A stretch of DNA of 64,000 nucleotides, taken from positions 384,001-448,000 of the forward strand of contig JAYFMW010000006.1 in the NCBI GenBank assembly GCA_042408215.1. The letters run 5' to 3'. Made by a program: the position numbers and the translations under genes. The stretch is from Microcoleus sp. Lineage in GTDB: Bacteria; Cyanobacteriota; Cyanobacteriia; Cyanobacteriales; Microcoleaceae. The notes beneath the pieces are model-generated. The model saw only the letters and a program-made list of their open reading frames with translations. It ran no database searches and was not told where the DNA came from. Positions 9,074-19,116 of this stretch are shown in pieces; within the stretch, counting starts at the first letter, position 1; each line of letters starts with the position of its first letter.

Positions 9074-10999
9074 CTACTTACCTTTATTTTTTTTAGGATA
9101 TACTTTTTTGCCTGATGTTTTCTGAGGGCGATCGGGTTCTTTTACAGCATATTTTAACAGAAAATCATCAGGCTTTGCTAAGGCCGAGTCTGCAATGCTC
9201 AGGCGACCGAATTGCGACCAATGTTGATTTAATAGCTTCAAAGCTTGGGGGCGATCTAAGGCTGCGATCGCACCCATCACTAGACGCAAATTCGATCGCA
9301 ATAACTCAATATTAGAGTCATCTACTGAAAATTGACTCACCATTGAAATCCCTGTTGCCAAATAAGCTGAATCTGGCGATATCTTTTTCGATCTTAACCC
9401 CTGACAAACCACCTTTAGCCACACCGGATATAGTTCTAACCAATTAGCGTTTTTCAATTGATTTAATGCCATTTCTTCCATTCCCAACGCCCCCCAAGTA
9501 CAAAGCGATGTTTCAGCTAAATTAGCATCCCGATTGTGCACCGCTGACTCCCATAATTCGCCCGCATAATCCTTAAATCGAACCGCCAGAAAATCATAAG
9601 CTTCCTCAACTTTATCAGTAGCCGTAACCTTGTAAACCGTCTCACCGCGCGGTAACTTATCGCCCCGATAAGATAGCCAATTGTGAGAACCGCACAAATG
9701 AATTTTCCGATCGACTACAACTTCCTTCGCATGAGAATTTCCCAGCCAAAATACCTGCACTGCTGATAAACCTTCCCGCGTTTTAATTTCTCTCAGCTTT
9801 TGCTCGACTTGTGGCGGTATTGGTCGGGTTTCATCCTGTTGTCGCCGGGAAATACCGTGACCAATTAAAATCCACACTCCCCGATTAGCCAAATTTTGAA
9901 GTAATTGAATAAACTCATTATCTACCACTTCCTTGCTCACCCAAGGAGAATAAATTAAGACTTGACGATTCCCTTTCCTCAAGGTTTCCAAAAAAGACTG
10001 CCGAATTTGACTATCCCGCAGTAAAATTACCTGATCTTTTTCCTGACTTCCATTCGACGCAACTTGCTCCCCCGTTTCCCTCAATTCTTTAACTGTTTCA
10101 ATCGCCTGCTGTTCAATCTTCTTAATTCTGGCTTCAACTTCTTGATTTCGGCGATCGAGAAGTTCTTCACGTTCCGCAGCAATTGTTTCATCGCTCAGAT
10201 ACAGCAAGTTTTGCAAAGAAACTTTGCCTTCAGTTTGCAAAATGTCAAGCAGATCGGAAGCATAGTTTAAAATTTGCTTTCCTCGTCTCACTTGCAGCTT
10301 AACTGCATCTTCAAGGGCATCAAAAATCACAAAAATTGCCACAGATTGCCAGATAGCTTGAGTCTCCTTGGTGAAATTAGCAGCAGTAATGATTTTACCA
10401 TCTTCAGGAACGTGCAACCCTAAACCAGAAGCCTGAATAATTCGTTGGAGTTCCTCAAGTCCTAACTCAGACATTTCTTGACATCGATTTTCTATTGTGA
10501 TAAAATCTTCAAAAATTGGGAGCTCGATTTGTACTTCTTCTAAAGCGGAAGATAGAAAAAATAGATTTCCTTGCAAGGGGTCAGAAATCGCATAAATTTG
10601 TTTTGTTTGCGGCGGTTGCGGGACAGAACCTTCCAGGTAAAATTGCCGACCTTGAGGAGTTAGAATAATTTTAGCATCCGGTGTCCAAGCTAAAGTTTCT
10701 AAACTCCGCAGAGTATTAGCAGTATTTTGCACGAATACAGGGTCAAGCCCTAAAGCTTGTGCTAATTCATTTTCAGTTGTTGTCAATTCCATCTCCATCC
10801 CAGCGCGGAGAATAAATTCTTCGAGGATGTTAAATTTGCGGGGTTCGCTAATAGTAACTTCTACTGATATTTGCTCTAAACAATAGCGGAATTGGCGGCC
10901 AGCCAGCACGGAGATGCCAGCCGGACTTTGCTTTTCAATTTGTTGGGCAAATTCTTGTAATTGGGGGTCAATTGGTTTAGGATAGGATACTAAAAACAT
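9074..10999 (-). CDS. Winged-helix plus single-HKD phospholipase-D-family nuclease (MkoB-like)
   Basis: N-terminal ENELAQALGLDPVFV..LTPQGRQ wHTH-like; IYSPW; HAKEVVVD..GSHN matches the HxKxxxxD..GSxN motif. Confidence 0.75.
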   Translation of the reverse strand: MFLVSYPKPIDPQLQEFAQQIEKQSPAGISVLAGRQFRYCLEQISVEVTISEPRKFNILEEFILRAGMEMELTTTENELAQALGLDPVFVQNTANTLRSLETLAWTPDAKIILTPQGRQFYLEGSVPQPPQTKQIYAISDPLQGNLFFLSSALEEVQIELPIFEDFITIENRCQEMSELGLEELQRIIQASGLGLHVPEDGKIITAANFTKETQAIWQSVAIFVIFDALEDAVKLQVRRGKQILNYASDLLDILQTEGKVSLQNLLYLSDETIAAEREELLDRRNQEVEARIKKIEQQAIETVKELRETGEQVASNGSQEKDQVILLRDSQIRQSFLETLRKGNRQVLIYSPWVSKEVVDNEFIQLLQNLANRGVWILIGHGISRRQQDETRPIPPQVEQKLREIKTREGLSAVQVFWLGNSHAKEVVVDRKIHLCGSHNWLSYRGDKLPRGETVYKVTATDKVEEAYDFLAVRFKDYAGELWESAVHNRDANLAETSLCTWGALGMEEMALNQLKNANWLELYPVWLKVVCQGLRSKKISPDSAYLATGISMVSQFSVDDSNIELLRSNLRLVMGAIAALDRPQALKLLNQHWSQFGRLSIADSALAKPDDFLLKYAVKEPDRPQKTSGKKVYPKKNKGK

Positions 11000-11038
11000 C
11001 TTGATTTATAAAGCTTTAGTGAATTGCGGATTTTAAGG

Positions 11039-11199
11039 CAATACGGTTCAGATAAGACCGATCCCCCCGGCGCCTTGAGGGCGGGCACGGGGGCACCGCC
11101 CCTACAAAGGGGGGAACAAGAAGTTGCTCAAAGTCCCCCTTCTTAAGGGGGATTTAGGGGGATCTCCGGGGAATTAACAGTGTTAACCCAAGCGTATTG
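11039..11199. mobile_element. MITE with REP cargo between the helicase and PLD genes
   Basis: CAATACGGTTCAG / CCCAAGCGTATTG ends enclosing GGGCGGGCAC..GCCCCTAC and CCCCCTTCTTAAGGGGG hairpins. Confidence 0.7.
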
Positions 11200-11270
11200 G
11201 ATTTTAAGGAATAAGTATTTCAGTTGCTAAAGGTTGATTGGCCTCGGCAATTCTGAATTTCCTACCCATT

Positions 11271-14200
11271 TTAACCCAAGATGCTAGAAACATCAATCAA
11301 TCCTCCATTGCGGCGCACAATATTTGCTACTTCGGAATACATACTTCCCACTTTACCTTTGTGCTTGGTAAATAGTGAATGGCATCCCACAATTATTAGC
11401 AATTCCTGAGCGCGGGAAAAGGCAACGTTTACCCGTTCTGGCTTTTTTGCAAAGCCAATATCTCCATCAGGATTGTTTCTCACCATGCTGACAATAATAA
11501 TCGGCCGTTCCATGCCCTGAAATCGGTCAACAGTACCCGTTCTAATGGCAAGGGAGGGGAATTTGCGATCGCTAAGCATTTCCTCAATTCGCCTCAATTG
11601 AGCACCATAAAAAGTAATGATACCGATTTCTTTTTTCGGTTGTCCTTCGGCAACTTTCAGGCTCCAAACCTCCTCCATTTGTTCGCAGAGAATGTCGATC
11701 GCATCGACTTCCTTAAGATTATACCTTGACGTTCCCTCTAATTGCTCTTGAAATCTTTGTTCTTGTGGCATTTTTACCCAGATTAGGTGATGTTCTGCTC
11801 GGATGATGTCGCCTGCTACATTGTGCGATCGCACTTTCTCAGGCTCCATAATCCCACAACGCAGGCTATGGTCGTAAAATTGATTAATTGCTCCCATAAT
11901 GTAGGGGTGCATCCGATACTGAACAGTCAGCCGCCGCTTGATGCTTTCTGATGCAGCTTCAAATTGTTTCTTAAAGAGAGATTCTTCCAGAAAGCTGATA
12001 TCTTCTGGTTCGATTCCCATTTCTGTCGCGATTTCTTCTAAACTCTTTTCATGTAGCATTGGCGGTAATTGGCGGTAGTCACCAATCAATACTAATTTTT
12101 TGCCTTTGAGTGCAGGAATCAGAATTTCTGGAGGTGTACATTTACTTACTTCGTCAATGATGACTACATCAAAATTGGTAAATTCTTTGAAACCGTAGCC
12201 CGCTACTTGGCTGCAAGTAATACCGATGACGTTGGCATTGTCGATGTAAACTTGCCTCAATTCGCTCCGATCTTGTTCGGAGGGGTTACGGAGTTTTGCT
12301 ATCCAATCTTGAGTTAGGTTCTCATAGCCTTTAAGGTGGGATTCTTCTTGAGTGAGTTGTTGGTGCCAAGCATCGAATTGTGTTTTGATTTCGTGCAAAA
12401 AGTTGAGATCGAATAAGCCGCTGGCGGGGATTGGTGGCTTGAGGCGATCGGGGATATTTTGCCACGCTGAGTCCCACCATTTTCGCTCGGAAATTAAAGT
12501 GGGTGGTAGTTGCATTTGAGCATCTATTTCGCGAAGTTGACTTTGGGATTTTGACAGGTTTATTCTGGCAACTTTTACACCACTTTTGCGGTTAGATGAG
12601 TTTCTGATAATGCTTTCTCGGACATTCGAGAGTACACCGAAAATATCGATAGCAGAACTCAAAATCTCAATTTGACTAATACGATTTTCCCAAGAGCGTA
12701 CCTTTTGTGCTATTTCTGGTGCTACAGCTAGCATATCTGAAGGGGTTTGGATTAAATTTGCTAAAATACCTAATTCTTTTGGCACTTCTGGTAATTGAGC
12801 AAAGTTTTGCCAGAGAACGATCGCTTTTTTACACTTGATGTCAGCTTGGCTACGATAGCTGTCTATTTGTTGTTGATTGCCATAGCGTTCTATCTGTTCC
12901 AACGTTCCCTTGGCTGACTCAGCTTCAAACATGGCTGCGATCGCATCATTTCCATAAGACAATACAATCCGATCATCGTCAATCCATCCAGACAGATTAT
13001 CCTGTAACCAAGCAGCTAAACTAAATGTCTCCCGTTGAGGAGGAACTCTACCAAGTTCAGAAGTCAGCTTAACTATTTCTTTAATTTTTGCCTTAAAAAC
13101 TCGCACAGACTCGTCTAAAATTATGTAGGGCTTTAGACTGTTCAATAAATTAATGACCGTCTCATCTTCCCAATTAATTGAAGATTGAGACATGAGCAAT
13201 TGTAAACCAGGAAGGATATATTCAACAATTTCGCGCTGTTTAGCTTCCGCTTCTTCATAGACACTTTCCTGCGCTCTACAAGTTTCCTCTAACTCTGCCT
13301 TGCGCGATCGCAACTCCTTGTAACTTTCTTGTAACTTTTCCTCGGCTCGCAAATACGCATCAAACCGCTCGGAATTTGCTAACAAGTTATTGAAAAACTC
13401 TATATCTTCCCGCTGTTTTGCCAACCGCTTTTCGCAGTCATCAGCCGTATTTCTCAGCCAATTGCCAATTACTTTATCTTCCACAAATGGCAAACCTTCC
13501 TCTTCAACGCGCTCCGCACGCCCCTTTCGCAAAGCGCGGATAACGGGACTGTGAATTAAGCGACTCAAAGCATTATCAACAGCTAAATTTGCTTGAGAAG
13601 CAATTAAAGTCCTCCCGCCCCGCAGCGCAACTTGATAGGAAATTTCAGCGATAACAGTCGTTTTCCCCGTTCCAGGTGGCCCTTGAATTAACACTAAATC
13701 TGGTGCAGATAAGACAGCTTCTACTGCTGCAACTTGGTCATCATTTGCCCCTGATAGCAACAAATCCTCTGGTTTTAGTTTAACAGTTGTTTGTGGGTTT
13801 CTTGCCTGAGAAGCATCAAAGAAAAACTCGCCTACATAGGGATTTTGAGCAATTCCCATTTGCAGATCGTCTAAAGCTTTTTTCTGCCGCTTAATTTGAG
13901 TTAAATCTCCCGCCGCCTCGAAAGACAAAAAGCCTATTTTCGGCAACTGATAGTGTCCTTCTCCAATTTTTTCTACTAACTCAGAATCCAGTCTCACCCG
14001 GATAAATCCCTTTGCTTTGTCAATCTCTTCAATAGATCCTAATAAAATTGCCTGCCACTTTGCAGGCTGCGGGACAGATTCTCGCTCAGATTGGTTATCA
14101 TCTTTCTCGCGGATTTCTTCAACTCGGACTACAAGTTTTATATCCTCATTTCTCGCCCTAGCTGCTCTTGTCCAGAAGTCATCTTGTTTGAGATAAATTC

Positions 14201-15542
14201 CTGATGATTTGTCGAGTTTTGCCTCAGATACAGTAATCTCAAAAGTGATTTTGCGGGTAGCAGAGCCGTAGTTATGACCATAAAAAGGCACGAAAAATTC
14301 TCGCGTCTTAGCAATCCGCTCTTCAATCTTTAAAAAGGCTCTCCAACCTTTTAACTGTTCTTCTGTTGGCACGCAATCCCCGCAAAATGGAACGGTTTGC
14401 ATGAGATCTAAAGCTGAAATTGGCACTCCCCTCCGCGATTGGTGATTTAGGTGTAGACTTAGGGAGAAAAGAACGGAAAAACCATCACTACGTCCCCGTT
14501 CTGAAGCAACTAAACGAGCAGAAAGTAAGCGCAAGCCATCGGATCTGCCTTCTGTGACAAGAGCCACCAAACTTAATGTTTTTTGCCGTTTTTCAAGGAT
14601 TTCTGGTAATTTTGCTGCTTCGATATCTGTGGCGATCGCCAGTTCCCATTTTTCTTCGCCCGGTGCTTCTCCCGGCCCTTTGCGGCGGACATAGAAAAGC
14701 CTGGGTTCGTCTCCCAAAATATCAGATAGCAAGTCTTCGGCGCGATCGCGGCGATCGCTAAATTCAGAATACTTTTCCAGAGCATCTTTACCTTCCATTT
14801 CACGGATCAGGTAATCGATCGCCTGATTCCCTAAAAACCGATATCCCCAATTTTCCTCATTATTATTGAGAGGTTCTGTTGCAGTTTGTGATGAGAGAGG
14901 GGATGGATTATTACTGGTTTGAGGTGCTGTAATAATCGCAGAAATTTCGATCGAGACGTTGTGGCTAGATGCTTGCAAAACAATAGAGCCAGATAGGTTA
15001 GTTCCGGCTGGAATATCTTGGGAATTGAGGACAATATCTAGTTTCTGTAACCCGCAAGAAAGGTAAGGTTGCTGTACTTGTAACCAAGGCGCAGAGCACG
15101 AAACTTTGCAGTCGCCGCCGAGTTGCAGTTGTTCGGTTCGCTGCAAATATCGGTTAGTTTGGATTTCCCCGAAATGGACTGCTGTGGGAATGTCCCAGCT
15201 TACTCCCAGCCATTGGACGTTGGGAGCGCTTCCCAAGCATCTTACTCTGTCTAAAACTGGTGCGGTATGCGGTGCGGCATCGATCGCAATTTCTCCCGTA
15301 TTCCCGCCGATATTGCGCTCGATGCTCAAGTTTTCCAGTTTCACGCCGGAGACTGCGATTTTCAAAACAGGTTCGTCAGTGGCAAAAATGATGGTGTTTT
15401 CTCCTTCCCCCCGCAGCACGATCGCTCGTTCAATGGTAAATGGCCCCTTGTATTCACCTGCTTTTAAATCAATCTCATATCCATCTTTCACAATTGTCAA
15501 AAACTCACCAAAGTTGCTGGGATCGGCGGAGAAAGTAGGCAT
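11271..15542 (-). CDS. SF1B Upf1/DNA2-NAM7-like helicase with N-terminal beta-helix and Ig-like domains and a long coiled-coil insert
   Basis: QGPPGTGKTT, ASQANLAVDN, IIDEVSK, GDYRQLPP, QYRMHP, TVDRFQGMER, RVNVAFSRA; N-terminus IDLKAGEYKGPFTIERAIVLRGEG resembles the start of a pectin-lyase-like beta-helix. Confidence 0.88.
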   Translation of the reverse strand: MPTFSADPSNFGEFLTIVKDGYEIDLKAGEYKGPFTIERAIVLRGEGENTIIFATDEPVLKIAVSGVKLENLSIERNIGGNTGEIAIDAAPHTAPVLDRVRCLGSAPNVQWLGVSWDIPTAVHFGEIQTNRYLQRTEQLQLGGDCKVSCSAPWLQVQQPYLSCGLQKLDIVLNSQDIPAGTNLSGSIVLQASSHNVSIEISAIITAPQTSNNPSPLSSQTATEPLNNNEENWGYRFLGNQAIDYLIREMEGKDALEKYSEFSDRRDRAEDLLSDILGDEPRLFYVRRKGPGEAPGEEKWELAIATDIEAAKLPEILEKRQKTLSLVALVTEGRSDGLRLLSARLVASERGRSDGFSVLFSLSLHLNHQSRRGVPISALDLMQTVPFCGDCVPTEEQLKGWRAFLKIEERIAKTREFFVPFYGHNYGSATRKITFEITVSEAKLDKSSGIYLKQDDFWTRAARARNEDIKLVVRVEEIREKDDNQSERESVPQPAKWQAILLGSIEEIDKAKGFIRVRLDSELVEKIGEGHYQLPKIGFLSFEAAGDLTQIKRQKKALDDLQMGIAQNPYVGEFFFDASQARNPQTTVKLKPEDLLLSGANDDQVAAVEAVLSAPDLVLIQGPPGTGKTTVIAEISYQVALRGGRTLIASQANLAVDNALSRLIHSPVIRALRKGRAERVEEEGLPFVEDKVIGNWLRNTADDCEKRLAKQREDIEFFNNLLANSERFDAYLRAEEKLQESYKELRSRKAELEETCRAQESVYEEAEAKQREIVEYILPGLQLLMSQSSINWEDETVINLLNSLKPYIILDESVRVFKAKIKEIVKLTSELGRVPPQRETFSLAAWLQDNLSGWIDDDRIVLSYGNDAIAAMFEAESAKGTLEQIERYGNQQQIDSYRSQADIKCKKAIVLWQNFAQLPEVPKELGILANLIQTPSDMLAVAPEIAQKVRSWENRISQIEILSSAIDIFGVLSNVRESIIRNSSNRKSGVKVARINLSKSQSQLREIDAQMQLPPTLISERKWWDSAWQNIPDRLKPPIPASGLFDLNFLHEIKTQFDAWHQQLTQEESHLKGYENLTQDWIAKLRNPSEQDRSELRQVYIDNANVIGITCSQVAGYGFKEFTNFDVVIIDEVSKCTPPEILIPALKGKKLVLIGDYRQLPPMLHEKSLEEIATEMGIEPEDISFLEESLFKKQFEAASESIKRRLTVQYRMHPYIMGAINQFYDHSLRCGIMEPEKVRSHNVAGDIIRAEHHLIWVKMPQEQRFQEQLEGTSRYNLKEVDAIDILCEQMEEVWSLKVAEGQPKKEIGIITFYGAQLRRIEEMLSDRKFPSLAIRTGTVDRFQGMERPIIIVSMVRNNPDGDIGFAKKPERVNVAFSRAQELLIIVGCHSLFTKHKGKVGSMYSEVANIVRRNGGLIDVSSILG

Positions 15543-15579
15543 AGATGCTTATGGGGGGCGATCGGGGAAAAGCTGATTT

Positions 15580-15795
15580 CAGGACTTACGCAGGTACACT
15601 AATGGACATTTCAGGAGAGTCAGACTACTTTCGGTAGCTTCGCCTTTCGGAAGTGTCAAGAATCATACTTCGACTACGCTCAGCAACCACCGCAGTTTTT
15701 AGGGCGGTGAGTATGTCAAACCATTATACACTGAAAAAGCCGTCCTAAAAGGACGGGGTTTGGGCCCTGCGCTTCGCTCCGCCCAAATTTCTGGT
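15580..15795. mobile_element. Stack of IS200/IS605 end remnants and a MITE end
   Basis: AGGACTTACGCA MITE end; two right-end-like ..TGTCAA motifs; AAGCCGTCCTAAAAGGACGGGG left-end hairpin also seen at ~26155, ~38820, ~59051 and ~59352. Confidence 0.65.
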
Positions 15796-15883
15796 GAACA
15801 CAACTACGATCGCACCCCGCTTGACTTGTCAGGCGATCGAGCATTCAAGGCGATCGAGCATTCAAGGCGATCGAGCATTCAAG

Positions 15884-16145
15884 GATCAAGTATACTTGGT
15901 ATCTTCAAATAGAAGAGGAAATTGCCCACTGGGAAACTACAATCAAAAGTGACTCTAATGATGCTGATGCTCCTATGAGATTGGCATTGGCTTTGATTAC
16001 TCAAGACAAAACAAAAAATAAAGAACAAGCAATGGGCTACCTAAAACAGGCGGAGGCTATTTTCAAAAGTCAAGGCTATGACGAGGAAGCAATGCAGGCT
16101 GCTCAACTTTACGGCGTGGCTTATTGGGGAATGCTTGGAAAGTGA
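15884..16145 (+). pseudogene. 5'-truncated TPR-like protein fragment
   Basis: Open frame ..EEEIAHWETTIKSDSNDADAPMRLALAL..QAMGYLKQAEAIFKSQG..; preceded by 17-bp tandem repeats AGGCGATCGAGCATTCA. Confidence 0.5.
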
Positions 16146-16242
16146 CGTTCAGATTATCAGTCCTGGACGCACTCCGACTAAAGAAACCGGGTTTTTTACC
16201 ACGACTGAAGTCCTGACTCCCAACAACGGCACATGAGGAAAT

Positions 16243-17343
16243 ATGAATAAACTGCTGCTCAAAAAAATGGTTTTTTTCTTAATGGTTTCAGTGACCCTAT
16301 TTATGGTCACAGTAACTCATGTAGCCGCCCAACAACTACCATTCTACTGGGATAATATTAATGTCACAATCGACCTTCAGACGAACGGAGATATGTTAGT
16401 TACAGAAACACAAAAATATGTGTTCGCAACAAACTACACCAATCAACGGTATCGCTATATTCCTTTAGATAAGGTCGATGAAATTAAAGATGTGACCGTT
16501 GCCGAAAATAATCGAATAATTGCCAGTAGCACTGGGTTTGAAAACAATCAACTTTGGATTCGCTGGCAACATGAATTAAAACCGCCAGACTCACATACTT
16601 TTGTCATAAAATATCGTGTGGTAGGTGGATTGCAGGTAGATGGTGAGAATACTCAAGTTTATTGGAAAGCTATTTGGGCAGATCGCAAAGCCCCAATTAA
16701 AGCTAGCCAAGTCACGGTTAAACTGCCGGATATTCTAGCTGCGAAAGTCTCTTCGTTCAAAAGCTTTGGCATACCGACAGCAGTGCGTCAAGTCGATGGT
16801 CAAACATTTGTATTTACAACTAAGAAAGCGCTACCTCCAAAGCAAGCATTAGAGGTTCAAGTTACGTTTCCCACAGGAATTATTAAGCTGTCACCCCCAT
16901 CTCCGCAGGCTAGTAATGATTCCGGTTTCACAAGAGATGATTCTTCCCCACTAGGGGGATTTCTCGGATTCACAGTAGGAGCGATCGTACTCATAGTAAC
17001 CACATCACCGATATGGATACCTGTGATTTTGTTAATAAAATTTTTCTCGGCACTTAGAAAAACTTGTCCTAGCTGTAAAAAGCCAACGCTAATAACCACT
17101 AGAAAATTAATCTCTACACCCACCCCAAGCGCTCAAGGGGAGGATAAAATTATCCGTCACTGTAAGAATTGCGGTTATCACCATGAAAAAATAGTTGTGA
17201 TGCCTTACTTAGCTCCTATCAGTAGTAGCGATAGTAGTAGCGACGGTGGTAGTAGCTATGGCGATAGTAGTAGCGACGGTGGTAGTAGCTATGGCGATAG
17301 TAGTAGTGGCGATAGTGGCGGTGGTGGCGGCGGTGGCGGTTAA
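16243..17343 (+). CDS. DUF2207 family membrane protein with C-terminal Zn ribbon and Ser/Gly tail
   Basis: Signal peptide; NVTIDLQTNGDMLVTETQKY DUF2207-like; TM segment; CPSC..HCKNCGY; repeated GDSSSDGGSSY. Confidence 0.8.
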   Translation: MNKLLLKKMVFFLMVSVTLFMVTVTHVAAQQLPFYWDNINVTIDLQTNGDMLVTETQKYVFATNYTNQRYRYIPLDKVDEIKDVTVAENNRIIASSTGFENNQLWIRWQHELKPPDSHTFVIKYRVVGGLQVDGENTQVYWKAIWADRKAPIKASQVTVKLPDILAAKVSSFKSFGIPTAVRQVDGQTFVFTTKKALPPKQALEVQVTFPTGIIKLSPPSPQASNDSGFTRDDSSPLGGFLGFTVGAIVLIVTTSPIWIPVILLIKFFSALRKTCPSCKKPTLITTRKLISTPTPSAQGEDKIIRHCKNCGYHHEKIVVMPYLAPISSSDSSSDGGSSYGDSSSDGGSSYGDSSSGDSGGGGGGGG

Positions 17344-17520
17344 TATGAAGCCAGGTTAATTAACCATGATTGAGATGCTTCGCGAAGGATCAGGAATCAG
17401 CATGACAGTTGACGGAGAAATTCCTCAAGTTTATTGACGAACCCGGCTTGTTGAGAATGCTTGGGAATGTGTACCCGGAAGAAGAGCCTCCAAACACTAT
17501 CACAATAAGGAGAACAAATC

Positions 17521-18900
17521 ATGTCTCAACAAACTAACAAAATAAAAACTCCGCCACCCATTTTTTTTATTATTATCGTCGGCTTAATTGCGTTGGGCGC
17601 ATACAAGTTCATTCCCGGTTTATTGAAGGGCAAAAGTTCAGATACACCCGGTGCGATCGCCAATCGCGTCAGTTTAGGAAATCAGATATTGGTGACATCT
17701 CAAACAACCGCCGAAAAACAAGCAGGCGTTACAGCTTTTGCCGAGGGAAATTACCAAGCTGCTGTTCAACATTTTCAGACATCGCTGAAACAAAATCGCA
17801 ACGACCCGGAAACGGTAATCTATTTGAATAATGCCACAGCAAGCAATGGTTCTTCCTTAAAAATTGCTGTCAGCGTCCCCATTGGTAGCAACCCCAATGT
17901 CGCCCAAGAAATCCTCCGAGGAGTCGCCCAAGCTCAGGATCAAATCAATAATAGCGGTGGCATCAACGGCGCAAAACTGCAAGTAGAAATTGTCAACGAT
18001 GACAACAGTCCAGAGGTGGTCAGAGATGTTGCAAAAGCATTAACAAAGGATCGGAATATACTAGCAGTAATTGGACATAACGCTAGCAATGCTTCTCTCG
18101 AAGCTGCTCCGATCTATCAGCAAGAAAAACTGGTAATGGTGACACCGACTAGCCAAGCAAATAATCTCTCAGGATTTGGCAGCTACATCTTTCGGACAGT
18201 ACCCAATATTAGCTTAATGGCGGCTCCCTTAGCAGAATATGCAGTCAAAACAGCAGGCAAAACTAATATTGCTATTTGTTATGACTCGCAAGCACCCGAT
18301 AACATATCATTTAAAGATGAATTTGTGGCTGCTCTTACTGCTGCGGGAGGCAAATTAGTTCCCACTGTTTGCGACTTTTCAACACCCTCTTTTAATCCCG
18401 ACAATGCGATCGCCGATGCTGTCAGCAAAGGGGCGCAAGGATTGATGTTAGCACCCCACATCGATCGCATCGATCGCGCTATTTCTCTGGCTCGCATCAA
18501 TCGAGGCAAATTGCCACTCTACGGCAACACTACAATGTACACCTTTCAAACACTAAAAGATGGGCAAAAGAGCGTTGACGGGCTTGTTTTGCCCGTTCCC
18601 TGGCATCCTGCAACCAATCCCGGTAACACTTTCCCAGAAAATGCCCGCCAGCGCTGGGGAGGAATAGTAAATTGGCGAACCGCAACCAGTTTTGATGCGA
18701 CTCAAGCTGTCATCGCGGGCTTGCGGCTAAGTAATACGCGGGAAGGATTGCAACAAGCACTCAGAAATCCGAGTTTCTCGACAGCAGGAGCTAGCGAGGA
18801 TGTGAAATTTTTGCCAACGGGCGATCGGGCGGGAAAGCCGATTTTAGTGCAAGTTAAACAAGTAGCAAATACTGGCTACAATTTTGTCCCGCTGCGGTAA
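17521..18900 (+). CDS. ABC transporter substrate-binding protein, LivJ/Peripla_BP_6 type, with N-terminal TM and TPR-like segment
   Basis: NDPETVIYLNNA, ILRGVAQAQ..INNSGGING, AVIGHNAS, YIFRTVP. Confidence 0.85.
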   Translation: MSQQTNKIKTPPPIFFIIIVGLIALGAYKFIPGLLKGKSSDTPGAIANRVSLGNQILVTSQTTAEKQAGVTAFAEGNYQAAVQHFQTSLKQNRNDPETVIYLNNATASNGSSLKIAVSVPIGSNPNVAQEILRGVAQAQDQINNSGGINGAKLQVEIVNDDNSPEVVRDVAKALTKDRNILAVIGHNASNASLEAAPIYQQEKLVMVTPTSQANNLSGFGSYIFRTVPNISLMAAPLAEYAVKTAGKTNIAICYDSQAPDNISFKDEFVAALTAAGGKLVPTVCDFSTPSFNPDNAIADAVSKGAQGLMLAPHIDRIDRAISLARINRGKLPLYGNTTMYTFQTLKDGQKSVDGLVLPVPWHPATNPGNTFPENARQRWGGIVNWRTATSFDATQAVIAGLRLSNTREGLQQALRNPSFSTAGASEDVKFLPTGDRAGKPILVQVKQVANTGYNFVPLR

Positions 18901-19116
18901 GTTTGTTAAGTACGATCGCCCGTTGTCGGCTGTCGAGATCTCGAATTCGCAGTAGGAATCAGGAAAAGCAACAAAAAACTGCTGATTTGATTCGCAGCTA
19001 CCTCAACGGGCGATCGAGCTAAAGTTATCTGAGGTGCGTGATGCTCAAAACTTGGATCAAGTCTTGAGTGACTCTCAACTCACGCACCCTACTTAACATA
19101 TAGCCTTGTCCACTGT

